Assembly (NCBI GenBank): GCA_001179505.1
Contig: CDMY01000513.1
Location: forward strand, 1 to 61,309
Reading direction: 5' to 3'
DNA length: 61,309 bases
DNA from: Vitrella brassicaformis CCMP3155
Taxonomy: Eukaryota; Protista; Chromerida
Under the pieces are notes generated by a model that had not been told where the DNA came from, ran no database searches, and saw only the letters and a list, made by a program, of their open reading frames with translations. This document shows, piece after piece, positions 12,801 through 25,800 of this stretch. Each line of letters starts with the position of its first letter. Position 1 is the first letter of the stretch. Both the position numbers and the translations under genes were made by a program.

Positions 12801-15800
12801 GACACATCTCACTCTTGCCTCTGCACCCACCGAGCTTCGCTGCCAGACTCGCCATGGACTTGCTTGCCTCGCGCAGAAGAGAAAAACACTCCTCTGGCCG
12901 GGGGAAGGCCTCAAACATGCGCCCTGCCTCGCATATGCACTTGCCGAAGAAGTCCAAGTCCACTGGCACAAAGGGCGGCTTGGCTGATGCCGTACAGCCG
13001 ATGTGCAGCCCCTTGGTCGTCTTGAGCAGCTCTAGAAGAGTCGGGGCCTTGTCGATGAAGGCCAGGTGCCACTTGTAGGGGTAGAGGGATGAGAATGACG
13101 TCCGCAAAGCCGCCATCAGATTGCTTGACACCTCCTCGACGGCTTCCGAGAGGTCCCGGACAGCCCGGTCGTCGGTTGGGGGTATGTGGCGATAGCACTG
13201 CCTCAGAGCGCGCTCTATGTCTCGACGAGCTGTGCATCCACGATAGCAGGGACCTGCAAGCGCAGCACATTGGGATATGTGCACCCACCGCACTCTTCTT
13301 TGTCCGCGATCAGTGGATACATACAACTAAACACTTACTTGTGGAGACGACCGTCTTGGCGTAGCCGTGCTGTACGTTGATGGCCTCGATGGTTCGGAAG
13401 AGCTCCACCCACGAGCTCCCCTCATCCGCTAAATTGACCCCTAAATTACATACACCACCAGTGAGTCCCTCACTTAGTCGCATGCACCCACCCACCCATC
13501 CGCCCACGCACCCACCCACCCCTCAGATCGATGTGGAGTGCAGGCGTCCGTCTGGCCTCATCCTCTCGCTGACGCAGCGCCTCACTCCATCGGCTTCTTC
13601 TCCTCTCTCTGAGGACGGCTGCAACCGCAGCCGACGGGATGCCAGGGCGTGGTCCGTGGCCCACTGGCTGCGGCAGGGGCGTCTCGTAGTCTGCTGCTGC
13701 CCACTGCGCCTCCTTCTGTCGCCTCGTCTCCTGCAGCACCGCCTCCCTCCTCTCGTGTGCCCTCTTGTGCGCATCGAACACCATGTTTGCGAAAACCGAG
13801 CTCTTGAGGAAGGCGACCGATTCGGCACCTCCCTGACACCACACACACACACACACACACGTATACTACATACAGAGGAGACCGAGTCTGCCGATGAGCC
13901 GGTGTGCGACAGACCCAAGAACTGAAGCGGAGCTCTTCGATCGAGAGCTCGGGATTGGTGAGCGCCCAAGCGATCATGCTGCTGCTCCAGTAAGCGAAGG
14001 CAAGGCACCTGTGCATATTAATATCGGACAGATCGACAGGGCCCAACATTGATGGTGCCAGCGAAGAGCCGATCACTTCACTCACTTTAGCTCCTTCTTG
14101 TGAGGGTTGCGGTCCATGCTGCTGGCCAGCGCATCAGTGAAGCTGCTCAGGCGAGAGAGAGAAGCATACCGCGGTTGCGTATGTGGCACGAAGCACTGTG
14201 CTTACCGGGAGACGCTCTCTCCGTCTCGATTGACCAGCAGCGACAGGTCGATCTCGCGAGATCTCACCTCAGCAAAGGACTCGCCGATGGCCTGAGGGAG
14301 GGACACACAAGCAACACTACAGAACAACGCCAAGGCGACACACACACACATTTCCGATGACTATTGCCTACCTGGAGCGTGTCGACACTGGCGTCCTCGT
14401 TGTTAAAGGGAAGGGACGGCTCGGCGAGATCCAGCACATCCATGGGACGGCTGCCGAGGCTCTGCACGCACCAACGGATTCATGTGCTTCAGAGCCGTTG
14501 AGACGTCTGCCGTCTTACTTACCTTGACGACAGTTGCGACACTGCTGGTGCGTTCCAGCCAATCCAGACGCAGCACTCTGACGCAGGCACAGATATATCG
14601 CCGCAGTGGGGTTTCTTGCCGCACCCACCCACCAAGCACCGACTGACCTGAGGTTCCTGAACGGTCGGCCTTTTCTATCTTGGCTACTACTGAGGAGCGC
14701 GCCAAGGCGAACAGTGAAGGCCGGGGTCAGATTTGACCCCCTCAGGCTGAGATCCTCAAGACACCGCAGCTTGCCGATGGCGTCGGCGAACGCCACGCCC
14801 TTCTCGTCGGACACATCCTCCAGGCGCACGCCTGTAGGCAAACACACACACACGTATTCATTAGAGACCGGGGCCGATAAGAGGAGACGAGAGGACAGCA
14901 GAGGAGAGCAGAGCTGGCATCTACCAGTCAATGCGAGCCTCCGCAGCCTGTGTGTGTCCAGGATACAGCTGTAAATGACGCTCAACGACGCCTCGGTGAA
15001 GTCGATGTCGCCCGGAGGCACGTAGATGCTCACCGACAGCAGCTCATTATGAACGCTCCTGCCGTCGAAGACACACGCAGACGGACGGGCGGACGGACGG
15101 CGGACGGAGAGAAAGACGGTTCTCATCTTTGGGTGTCTGTCTGTCTGTCTCTGTCTGAAGGACCTGTCAGATAGAACGACATCACGTGTCCGCCCGATCA
15201 GAGTGTCATTCCTGAGCTGCGTCGCAAAGTGCGGCATCAGCACTTGCCGACCAGGCTCGCCAGCGACCTTGTTGACGGGACAGAGACTGACAGAGACCGA
15301 CAGCCAACACATCCATCCATCCATCCACCTTCGCAATGTCAGCTCACGTGTCGAATAGTGTGCGGCACGTCGAGGCCATCGCAGCCACCCGCATGGGAGT
15401 CATCCGATACTCACAGGCGTATATGTTTCTCAGCACCTCCCTGCAGCCTGTCTGCTTGTTGACGGCACCAAGGAGCTGCACAAACCCGTTCTGCAACCAC
15501 CACTCACACGGACACACACACAGACAGGACGGATGCATGGATGTGGCGAGTGATGTGACGGACTCACCGCGGCATTCTTCTGCTTGTGTCGGTCTTTCCA
15601 TCCGCTTTGGAGACGTCTGCGCGCCTTGTCGACCCTCCTCTCCTGAGGCATAACACCACAGATGCACATGGCTGGGCCATCTGTGCTCGCATCTGTGCTC
15701 GGCTGGCGGACTGGCTGACAGCTGACCTTCTCGACGTAGGGCGATACAAAGTCGGTGACGAAGGACTTTACTTTGGGGCTGAGGCCCAGATCAATCCACC

Positions 15801-17163
15801 CCATTCGCTCGCCCTCTGCTGTAGTCAGGAGCTCGAGGATGGGATCAAACTGCACATACAAAGGAAGACACAACCAACAGTCACACACTCATTCTTGCGG
15901 TCGCGTGGTGCTGCCTTTCTGACCTTGATCATCTTGGCAGCGATGGGGTTCAGCTGGCCGGGAGGCAGCTCCTGCTCACCGTGCCTGAACGAAAGAACGG
16001 TGACGCATGGATAGGGGGCCAATGACGCGTAGGTGGGTACCAGATGAGTCCTGTCAGTACGTCGATGACCGTCTCGGTTGCCTTGGCAATGTCGGGCCTC
16101 TCTAGCCGCCCGGCTGCCCAAGCCAGCCTCTCCAGAATCTTGCAGGCTCCCCACAGAAGCGCATCGCTACCGGCAACCTAGACGGACACAGCCCACACAC
16201 ATCGTCGATACGTCAGTCAGCAGCCATCCATCCATCCATCCATCCATTCATCCAAGCATGGCTTTGTGTCAGTCCTCTCTATCCTATGTGCGCTCACCCA
16301 CCCGTGCATCTTCGTCTACGGCTAAGATCATCTTGGTGCATTCACATATCGTGGCCGCGCTGAGGGGGTCACATTCACCGCCACACACCAGACGGCCGTC
16401 TTCGTCTGCGAGGACGTCACCCAGCAGGTCTATGAAGCCCACATCCCAAAGGCGATCGCCCTGCCCGGTCTCTGCAAATTCGGAACACACACACATACGC
16501 GTAGCCTACACGAATGTCTGTGTGTGTGCGTGAGAGGTGGCTGGCTGGCTGACCCTGGAATACGACGAGTATTGCGAGAGCACGCCGCAGCCTCAAGGGA
16601 CACATGTCGGCCGGTCTGTTCTTGATGACGGCAGCGGTGGCCGGCAGGACGGCGCTGCTCTGCGCCACAAGACGACAGGGGTCGGAGTGGAACACGGCAT
16701 CTGCGCAGCACACAGGGGGCGGGCATTGTGTACGCATCCGGGGCGTGCAGTGTGTACGCATCCTACTTGTCTTTGGATTCTCCACAGCCATGCCGAGGCA
16801 ATCGATGTTCTTGGCCCTAGTGGAGTCGTCCACGCTGCTATCGGCTACTTCATCAATGAGCCGCCCGATGACGGTGTCAGAATGCTTGCCAAACACAGTG
16901 GCCATCTGACCTGCGTAGATAGATGGGCAGCCACACACAGCAGCACAGACTCGAAGAAACAAACGGGTAAGAGAAAACCGACGTCGCGTACGTTCGTCAA
17001 CGAGATCTCTGCTAATGATGGCTTTTGCTCGTGGAAGGCTTGAAAGGAGGCTCTCGTAGTGCTCCTGCGTCGTCGCCCCGCGAAGGAGAGAGTCTTTGAT
17101 GAGTCGGCAGAGCTCCTCGTTGATCGACTGGCAGATCCCGCCGCCGCCACCACCTGACGCCAT
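9821..17163 (-). CDS. Large multi-exon protein: helical N-terminus, LRR-like region, long coiled coil and C-terminal C3HC4 RING (putative E3 ubiquitin ligase)
   Basis: The last two exons (intron 9903-9989) splice to [52 protein letters not shown]. A phase-1 GTAAGT..TTGCAG intron near 13.3 kb joins the upstream LRR-like exons (LGKLRCLEDLSLRGSNL-type) to the 653-aa ORF. Coiled-coil exons lie at 10.4-11.6 kb. Internal exon boundaries were only partly checked. Confidence 0.75.
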
Positions 17164-17437
17164 TGCTATCTGCTGCTATGGTCCAATCTGCATCCACACA
17201 AACGTGCGAAGAAGATCATGGGCCCACGCGTGATCTGATGGGTTGTGCAGACCAATGCACTTACCACAAAGTGCACAGTTTCGGGGAATTTTGAACAAGA
17301 TTATTCATTGGCGGTCTACAGCACCCTAGTAGGCACCATCTAAGAAAGGAACGCCCTCCCCTCGACCGGGGTGCTAAGCTCGCAAATTTGAGGCTCCCTC
17401 AAACCGCTCTGCTGAGGTGTTCTCCTCGTCGCACCAG

Positions 17438-19052
17438 ATGGGCGCAAGCAGCTCGACGAATCGTCAAGATCTCGGCTTCGTCTGCTGCGAATGCTTCACT
17501 CGAGATAAAGCCGCAGGACGAGAGCCCATCGGCGATGTTCAGGTGGCAGCTGACGGCCCATTTGCGGCCGCTGCGGTGCCCAGGAGGAGGGCGCACCGTC
17601 TGCAGGCCCGGCTGGTTGACTCGTCCCGGCTTGATCAGGAACTCGCGGCTTTATCGGCCTCTTCAGTCCGTGTGGTGACCATCACGCCAACACCGCCTTA
17701 CCTCTCCGCCTACTGTATCTATGCATCGCCGCGGTGGGATCTGCTGGCACTCGCGCGCCATGAGGACAGAGGCGGACGGCTGCTGTGGGATGCTCACGCG
17801 TTTGAGGTGTCGTCTGTCGAGGAGGCGGTGCAGCAGACACGTCGGGTCATCCAGGGGCTGGAGCTGCAGTGCCTCCTCTTCCAGCAGACTGCCGACCAGG
17901 ACACCGCCGGTGGTTTGTCGTCCGGTGGCAAGACGACCAACTGTCTGGTGATCCATCGATCTGCCGATCCCTCCTCCCCATCTCCCCCTCCCTGTTCGGT
18001 GTCACACCACCCCCTCCCCGCCCTCGCTACATCCCCCTCTGCCGCCAAGCACGAGTGGCAGACGTCGAGCACCGCAGACTACTGCGAGCACATCTCTCGC
18101 GCCCTCAACAGCTCTGCTGCCGCCAACTCGACAGTGGCGAGTGTTGCGTTGTGCCCCAACCCCGCTTTTGTGGACCAGCCGTCATGCGCCACGTCCCCCT
18201 CACCCAGGCTGACGGCTGACTATCCCCAGCGGCTGCTGTCCACCACGGCGAGTGACGCTTCCAGCGCAGCGTCGTCCCCATACCCTCCTGCAGCCGCCAG
18301 GGACCATCTGATCGTTATCCGGCGGCCTCTGACACCCGGCCCATCGCAAGGGAGACGCAGCTATGTGGCCCTGCCGTTCGACATGGGTGAGGTTGATTTG
18401 GATCGGCGTGACTGGGGCGACAGGGTGGGGTCGGCACTCATGCGGCGTGTCAAGAGGGGGGCAGAGGAGGATAGCAGCCCTGTGTTTCGGGATGGCCGTG
18501 GGGTCAACATGGCGGGCGAGACGGAGGGCAGCCACGAGCGGNNNNNNNNNNNNNNNNNNNNNNNNNNNNNNNNNNNNNNNNNNNNNNNNNNNNNNNNNNN
18601 NNNNNNNNNNNNNNNNNNNNNNNNNNNNNNNNNNNNNNNNNNNNNNNNNNNNNNNNNNNNNNNNNNNNNNNNNNNNNNNNNNNNNNNNNNNNNNNNNNNN
18701 NNNNNNNNNNNNNNNNNNNNNNNNNNNNNNNNNNNNNNNNNNNNNNNNNNNNNNNNNNNNNNNNNNNNNNNNNNNNNNNNNNNNNNNNNNNNNNNNNNNN
18801 NNNNNNNNNNNNNNNNNNNNNNNNNNNNNNNNNNNNNNNNNGGGTGGGTGGGTGGGTGGGGCAGGAGAAGAACAATGCTTCTCATTATTTGCTCACTAAG
18901 TGTTTCTGTGTTTGATGACTCTCCTTGTCAGGTTTGTTGGTCTGCTGCCGGTGTCAGTGAGCTCGACTGAGGATCCATGGGCGGCTCAGCGTGTGATGGT
19001 GGCGGTGTATGAGAGGGCCGCTGGAGCGCCGGCTGACGTACCGACGCCATAG
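17438..19052 (+). CDS. Hypothetical protein with MG-start myristoylation-like motif and PTB/PH-like segment; interrupted by an assembly gap
   Basis: Long clean ORF MGASSSTNRQ... containing YCIYASPRWDLLALARHEDRGGRLLWDAHAFEVSSVEEAVQQTRRVIQ. The terminal exon after the TGTCAG acceptor at 18930 reads FVGLLPVSVSS..DVPTP*. Confidence 0.6.
18542..18841. other. Assembly gap (300 N)
   Basis: Run of N directly followed by (GGGT)n. Confidence 1.
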
Positions 19053-19620
19053 ACGGGGGTGTGTGCGTCCAAAGGCAGGCAAACCAAGCAGGATGATAGG
19101 TTTTTCCCAGTCTCTCGTCAGTCCAGAGCTCACTTTTTGCCCCATCTTTCTCTCGTATGTGTGCGTGTGCTGCCGTGGGTGCCTTTGCTGTTTGGTGACT
19201 GAGTTGCTGTCGCTCCATGCACGCAGCCAGGGACGGAATGGACGGATGGACGGAAGGATGGTCGCATCTGGCAGCGTTTTTGCATCCTCGTGTTTTGTGG
19301 TGCCTTGCCTGATGCCCTCCATTGCAATGCATGTCATGTATTCGACGACCTACTTGTACATACATACATATGATCATGGGTTGCCTCAAATGTGCTTTAG
19401 CAGCACGGAAAGGTCTCTCATGCATACAACAACCTCAGGACAAGAGCTGTATTTCCCCGAATGGACACTTGCCTGAGCAAGCCAACCTGGGCCACCTCAC
19501 TCTGTTTTGGCACTGGTCCGCCCGAGTGAGAGCACAGCCACACACTGCCAACAAATGCCCAAGAAGTCGAAGCCACGTCCCTGCCTTGTGTACGCGCGAC
19601 ACCCACAATCATCCCACAAT

Positions 19621-21162
19621 CTATCTCTGCATCTGGGGCACCGCCCCCACTTGCTGCAGCAGCCTCGTGTGAATCGGGCACGGGTCAGCACGGCCGCCAT
19701 CCATCGCCTGCACACACCCCACAGAACAGACATACAGACAGATAAGGGCGGACAGACAAAACGGTGGCTTATCCATGTGCGTGTGTTAGACGCACCTGTT
19801 TGGATAGGTCCCAGAAGAATCCGTTGCGCCACTCAAACTCCTTGACGGCCGTGGGAAAGTGCGACACAGACCTGCAACCACGGAAAGGAGGCAGAGGCAG
19901 AGACAGGGGCGTGCCTTCATCGATGTGTGTGTGGTTGTGTCACTTCCTCACCTTGTGTATGAGCAGAGCCGCTCCACCATTCCATCCTGATTGACGACCG
20001 TCACACGGCAAGCACATGGATGGGCGTTGTGCCATGAAGCCTGCCTCTCTCTGGCCGGTTATGCGTGCGTACTTGGAATGTGATTCCGAGACCTTCGGAG
20101 GCCCTCTTGAGCTCCCCTATCAGCTCTGTCACCTCCTGCCTGAGGTCAGCAAGCACATTACCGCTGCATCTCTCCACACCCCCTGTGTGTGCGTGTTGGT
20201 TACCTGTGGCTCTGCTCCACTTCGCCCACGGTGACGCCATACTTGGTGCCGACGAGCATGAAAGCGGCGATCCAAATGAGCTTCTCGTACATGGATGCGC
20301 GGAAGACGGCCTTCTCCAGCACCTTGCAAGACAGCTGGCCGTTCCGCAGCAGGGCCGCAAAGTCATTGGCCCACTTGCCGTTGACGGCCGTGAGGCCCTC
20401 GGGATTGACATCCGTTTTGCCGTCGATCGGCGGCTCACCCAGCTTTGCGACCGCAAAGTAGATCAGGCCCATTGTGTTGTCCTGCACGCCAAGCCAACCA
20501 AAGCATCCAGTCAAGCAGATCCAGAGCCCAGAGCATTGTGTGTGAAGTCACTACAATCACCTGTAGGGCATAGCTCTGCAGAAAGGGCTCGAGCATGCCG
20601 TTCTGCAGGAAGACCAGATCCTCCCTCCGGCTCGCAGGCGTCTTGTCGATGATGCTCGCCAACGCGTCGTTGCGGGTGCACACCTGAGTGCGGTAAGGGA
20701 TGGAGGGAGGGAGCAACACCAGCAGGAACAGCGACAATAGATCATTCATTCGATGCGTAGCGGTCTCTCTCACATACATAGATGGGACCTTCCACGTCAG
20801 CCGGTATGGGATCGTCGCGGCCAACAAGAACGCCACTCCTCCCGCCAAGCTCCTGACATACACGCGCACACACAAACAGACACAGAGAGAGAGAGACCAC
20901 GGCAACACCCAGAATAACGCCTCACTCGCATGTCACCCATCCATCCCTCGTATCCTACGTATAAGAGTGAGCCAATCCGTCCCCTCCCAACAATGACATC
21001 GCGCCGCTGCACCATGCTCAGGGCCGGCCTCGCAGCTGCTGCCGATGAATGCAATCGCCTGTCCAGCACTCTCAGGCCTGAAGGAGGTGAGAAGGCGTTG
21101 ACTTGCACTCTCAGGATGAACGACGGCAGCACGGTCAAGACAGCCACCAGCGGTGCTGCCAT
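19621..21162 (-). CDS. Plastid-targeted Rossmann-fold protein, At1g16080-like (ketopantoate-reductase-like fold)
   Basis: Signal peptide ending VNA-FSPP plus a Ser/Arg-rich transit peptide. Motifs IVGRGRIG, CTRNDAL, DLVFLQNGMLEP, YFAVAKLGEPPIDG, YEKLIWIAAFMLVG and HFPTAVKEFEWRNGFF, recalled as matching the plant At1g16080 family. Confidence 0.8.
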
Positions 21163-21300
21163 CGTCCTTGAGCGACAACAGCAGCGGAACTCGGATCAGG
21201 ACGATGAGTGGAGAGATCTTTGTGAAGACTTGCAGGCTGCAGTTAAGCTTGACTCACTGCCCTGTCTGCCGTTAATTTCGGGGAAGATCTGCGAGCTTGG

Positions 21301-21748
21301 ATGAGTGGGTGAGCTGCATCTGTGAAGTGGCTGTCTGTCGCTCACGTGGTTCACGTCGCATGCAGAACGTTGCTAGGAGAAAAACTCAGTATCGCATCTC
21401 TCTCTCTCTCTCTCTCTCTAAAACCATCCTCCCGATCACTCAACACAGATGCAGGCAGAAGAAACTCACCCACACCGCTCTTCTGCTTCTGGCTGGCTCC
21501 ACCCCTTGGCCTCACTTCCAAGTGCCCCTTCCCCCCCGTGGTCTGGCCCTCATCGGATCGAAGAAGACCAGAGCGCGGACGTCAAGGAGTTCCTAGAAGA
21601 GAAGGCCAAAGGGAAGCCCGGCCGAACAGTGCCAAAACCGCGTATATGGTCCGTATTTACACCCTCTCCCCAACAGACTGTCTCCTTACAGGCACTCCTT
21701 CTCGCTGCCTGCCTGCCTCACCTCCCCCCTCCCCGTTGGATGGGATCA
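21301..21748 (+). other. Candidate small spliced transcript (coding or non-coding)
   Basis: ATG at 21301 followed by three phase-compatible GT-AG introns (21309-21365, 21389-21454 or -21458, 21642-21676 or -21691). The second contains a (TC)n tract like the verified introns. Confidence 0.3.
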
Positions 21749-22744
21749 TTGCATAATGAAGGCCGCACTCTTCCTGGGCAGCTGCATCATCATGCCATTG
21801 GACCGTTGACGCTGCTGATGCGCCGCTGACACGTCCACCGCCGGCCTGTGCGTGTCGGGCAGCTCGGCTGCGAAGCTCCCCACCGCCTGGCTGGCGAAGT
21901 TGAGCAGAAGGAACGCGGGAATGACCGAAAAATCAATGCCAGCGATGGGCGGGATGAGTCCCCTGAAGATGTTGAGGTAGACATCCGACACAGTGAAGAT
22001 GGGGGCCACCACGGGATTGTTGGCCAACTGCATGGATGGCAGGGGGGCAGGACAACAAACACACAGGGCAGCGTGCAGAGCGTCTGTCGTGCGTATTGGT
22101 CGGTGCCAGTGGCCAGAGGCTATACTCAACTCACCATGGGGAACCAGCTGAGGAGCACGCGCACAGTGATGACCAGGTTGTAGAGCTGCAGGAAGTTGGC
22201 CAAGCCCCCAGCCACAGCCTGCAACCACGCAGTCAGGAAGCAGCATCCATCTCGTCGTGAGGACATCTCTCAGCCGGACAGATCAAGTGACTGACCAGTC
22301 CAACGACGTTGTCATAGGCCAGCCCCATCGCCACCGACCGAGCACGGGAAAAATGCCTGACAGCCAACACCATTCCACACCCACGCACACGAGCACCAAG
22401 CAACCGAAGTGGATGACACACACACGAGTGCTGATGAAAGGCCGATCAGTGTCCGTGTCCACCATCAGTCGTACCTCGGGTGCCATGCGGTGATGTGAGC
22501 GGTGGGGTCCCGCCGTGACGGCCGCCTCGGTGCGATAAAGCTGTGCAGCCTCATCGCAGGCCCCGCTGAATGAAGTCAGAGAACATGCGTACAGCCAGCG
22601 CCTTACAGCCAGCATGTGTGCGTGTTTGTGGCCTGCTCTTTCCTTCCTCTCGTGTTCTCACGTACTTGTGAGCACCGGCCGCGAGGCCGCTGCTGCATCG
22701 CACGACGCAACAAAGATCAGCAAGGCAACAGCCGGGATCTTCAT
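21746..22744 (-). CDS. YGGT-family plastid membrane protein (YLMG2/YlmG-like)
   Basis: GLANFLQLYNLVITVRVLLSWFP..SDVYLNIFRGLIPPIAGIDFSVIPAFLLLN is a YGGT domain. N-terminal signal peptide MKIPAVALLIFVASCDAAAA plus an Arg/Ser-rich second exon. Confidence 0.85.
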
Positions 22745-22862
22745 CTTTGAATGGGGACGGCGAGTCGGCCTTGCAAATGGCGAAGCGGCGAGATGAGAGC
22801 GCGAAAAGCCGTTCCCTTCCTCCCCAGGCGCGAAGCTCGCATGTGGTCGAGACGAAAAGTCG

Positions 22863-25800
22863 ATGAATGGAGGCGATATGAGTGAGTGTGAGGAGCGGCT
22901 GGTGGAGTTTGCCGTCCCAGATGAGTCAACTCGCGTCAACCTCCCGGCCGGGGGCGGCAGAAGGGACGGAGAGAGGGATCTGCCTGCCGCAGCAGGGCTG
23001 GTGGCAGATCTCCCGCCGAATCGCACACTGACATGGTCAGCGAAGCGAGCACTGCCTCGTACAACAACATGGATCTGACTCTCTGACACACCTGCATTCA
23101 TGAGTGCATGCTGCTCTCTGTCCGTCTGTCCGTGTGTCTGGGTGCAGTTACTTCGCCGACAGGAGTATCGACATCTACGATCTGTCGCCGTCGGCGCGCC
23201 TCGCCGTCGGCGGCTCATCGGGGCGGCCGCCGATGAAGCCACTGGCATCGTTCTGGCTCCCCTGCCACATGCTGGGCAGCTTTGCCGTGGCCTCACACGT
23301 GAGCAGGACGGGCAAAGACAAAGCCGACAGCGTCACCTTTTTCGTCGTCACGGTAAGTGGTAGACGGGATAGGGATGTGGGAGCTCGTTTGCGCATCGCG
23401 CCTACGTCACGTGTGCGTGTGTGTGTGTGTGTTCGAGTCCCAGGTGGCCTACACCGTGTATGCGATCAAGGTGGAGCCTTCCCGCTCAGCTGATGGCCAG
23501 GGATCGTTCTCGAACACCTACAGTGCCATGCAGCTGCCCAGCAGTAAGGGAGTCATCTGACGCAGCCAACACGAGCCGTTCATCCATCCCATCCATGGCA
23601 TCTGTCCATGCAGTCGCCCGTCGTCCCCAGTGCGTGACGGCCCTGCGCCACAACATCGTGGCCATCGGCACGGAGACCGCCGTGACGCAGTATGAGCTGC
23701 CGGCATTCAGACCTGCTGTGGCAGGGTCGCCCTATGACTATGGCGGGGTGGACAGGCCCGCCAACCAGTGGGTGCTCCTCAGAGAGGGGATGGCCGAGAG
23801 GATCGGGCTGGCCTCAGGTGGGCTGCCGCACAAGAGCACGGGTGTCTGGTATGTGTGTGGTTATGGGTCTGTGTGGACCATGCAGGCAGTGCCGGCGCGT
23901 GGACCCTGGCGGCCATCTCGGAAGTGGTCACGTAAGCGACCGATCTCACCCACACACATAGGCATCCCATCCTGACATGATGCGTACATACATGGATGGA
24001 TGGATGGATGGATGGATGGCCGTGTTTTAGGTCATCCGGTCCGTTTGCGCTGTTCGGCCCCCGTGAGGTGCAGAAAGTGGCGCTGCTGGCCTGGTGCACC
24101 GACCACCGCCTCCGGCTGTGGGAGGGATGCGCCCAGGCCACACAGCCCAAACAGGGCATCGACCTCTCCAACCACGCAAAGGAAGACTCGGTCAGAAACA
24201 CACACACACACCGCGACGGATGAAATGGCATTGTGTGTCATTGGTGTGTGCCTTCCTTCCTTTTTTCAGCTGAAGGGTGCGATGTTGTGTGTGAGTTCTG
24301 ACGGCACCCGCGCGTGTGTGGCACTGCCCAAGGCGATTCGCGTGTACACCACCAAGAACGGGGGCGTGTTTCAGCTTGACCTGATTGGCGAGATCGGCTG
24401 GCGGGACCGGCCATTTCCTCCAAGATGGGTCACACTCAACACACACACCATCTGGGTGAGGGAGGGAACGACACACACACGCACACACACATACACAGAC
24501 AGACACGTGTGTGCACGGTCATGTGTGTGTGTGTGTGGGTGTGGGTGTGTAGGTGACGTGGAGCGAGCTGGGCACCTCCTCTGTGCAGCCTGAGTTCCGC
24601 ACGCTCGCATGGAGCCTGGCTGACATCAGCACCAACAACAACAGTGGCAACGGTGTGCCTGAAGGTATGCGTGAGATTTTCGCGCGCGCAACGTACTGGT
24701 TGAGCTGTGTGTGATGTGGTGTGGTGCGTGTGATAGGTCGTGTGGTGGCGACGCAGCACCTGCGTCAGGTGCGCTGGAAGGACGGGGAGGACTGCGTGAC
24801 GCTGGAGCTTCTCATGAACCTGCCAAAGGACGACACGCAACAGGACATGACCACCGACCAAGTAGGCGGTTTGACGATCCCTCCGTGTGTCTGTCGGCAT
24901 GGATGGATGGATGGATGGATGGCCACAGGACGTGACGATGTGGTGGGTCGATCGGCTGTTGATCCCAGGTCGGTTCAGCCACAGGATGCTCCGCACCGGA
25001 TGCGCGCAGTTCCTCAACGGCCGACAGACCACTGCACAAAGTGAGGCACGCACGCACAAGCATACTTGTGTGTGTGAGGATGATGGGGGCAAGTGCGTGT
25101 GTGTCTGTGCAGCTCGAGAAATGCTAGACAGAATCCACACCGACGCCAAGTTCGCATTGTGCTACATCATCAGATCGGTAAGGGAAATCGATATACGCCA
25201 CATCTGCAGAGAGAGGGAGAAGACTCCACACGTGTCAATGGATCCACCCCACCTTGTTTCCAGCGGATCGACGGCTCCCCCGCCAGCAGTACAAATGCCC
25301 CTCCCTCCGACATTGCCGACATGATCGCACAGACCAAAGTCGCACAAGTGAGTGCCTTTCCGCACTGCACACACCTTCTCTCCCACTCCTCTCTGTGTGG
25401 CAGGCGGCCCTGGATGCGGGCCGTGAGCTGCGCGAGTCCATCCTGTCTTGCATATCGTCAGAGGAAGTGTTTGCGACCATCGGGCGATCGACGTCGCGTG
25501 TGTGGGCGGGGGAGATGGCGGGCGTCGAGAGCGGCCGGGCGCCCATCATGGACATCGGGCAGGGCGGCAGCAGCAACGGCCTGGCGGGGGAGATGCCCGT
25601 CGGCGTCACACGAGAAGGCGTATATGTGATCCGCCCCATGTGTCACGGCTGGGAGCACCATGGGCCGCCCCTGCCGATCGGCCGCATGTGCGCCATCAGC
25701 AACGATGAGACAGAGGAGATGCTCGCCATGCGACTCGCACTGCTCGCACGCACATTTGAGCAGGTGGGTGCGTGTCGATGGGCCGAGTGGGCATGGGTGT

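Noticed and set aside
13190-13215. RQCYRH as a HEPN R-x4-H RNase motif
   Set aside because: A six-residue pattern is too common, and there is no other HEPN-like context to support it.
11365-13326. 653-aa ORF as a stand-alone gene
   Set aside because: Its first 24 codons are an intron ending TTGCAG that is phase-compatible with the upstream exon. It is an internal part of the 9821-17163 gene.
20930-21304. 124-aa plus-strand ORF
   Set aside because: Antisense shadow of the first exon of the At1g16080-like gene, with no motif or splice support.
23431-23445. GTTCGAGTCC resembling a tRNA T-loop/B-box
   Set aside because: It lies at an intron 3' end after (GT)n, with no cloverleaf or acceptor stem.
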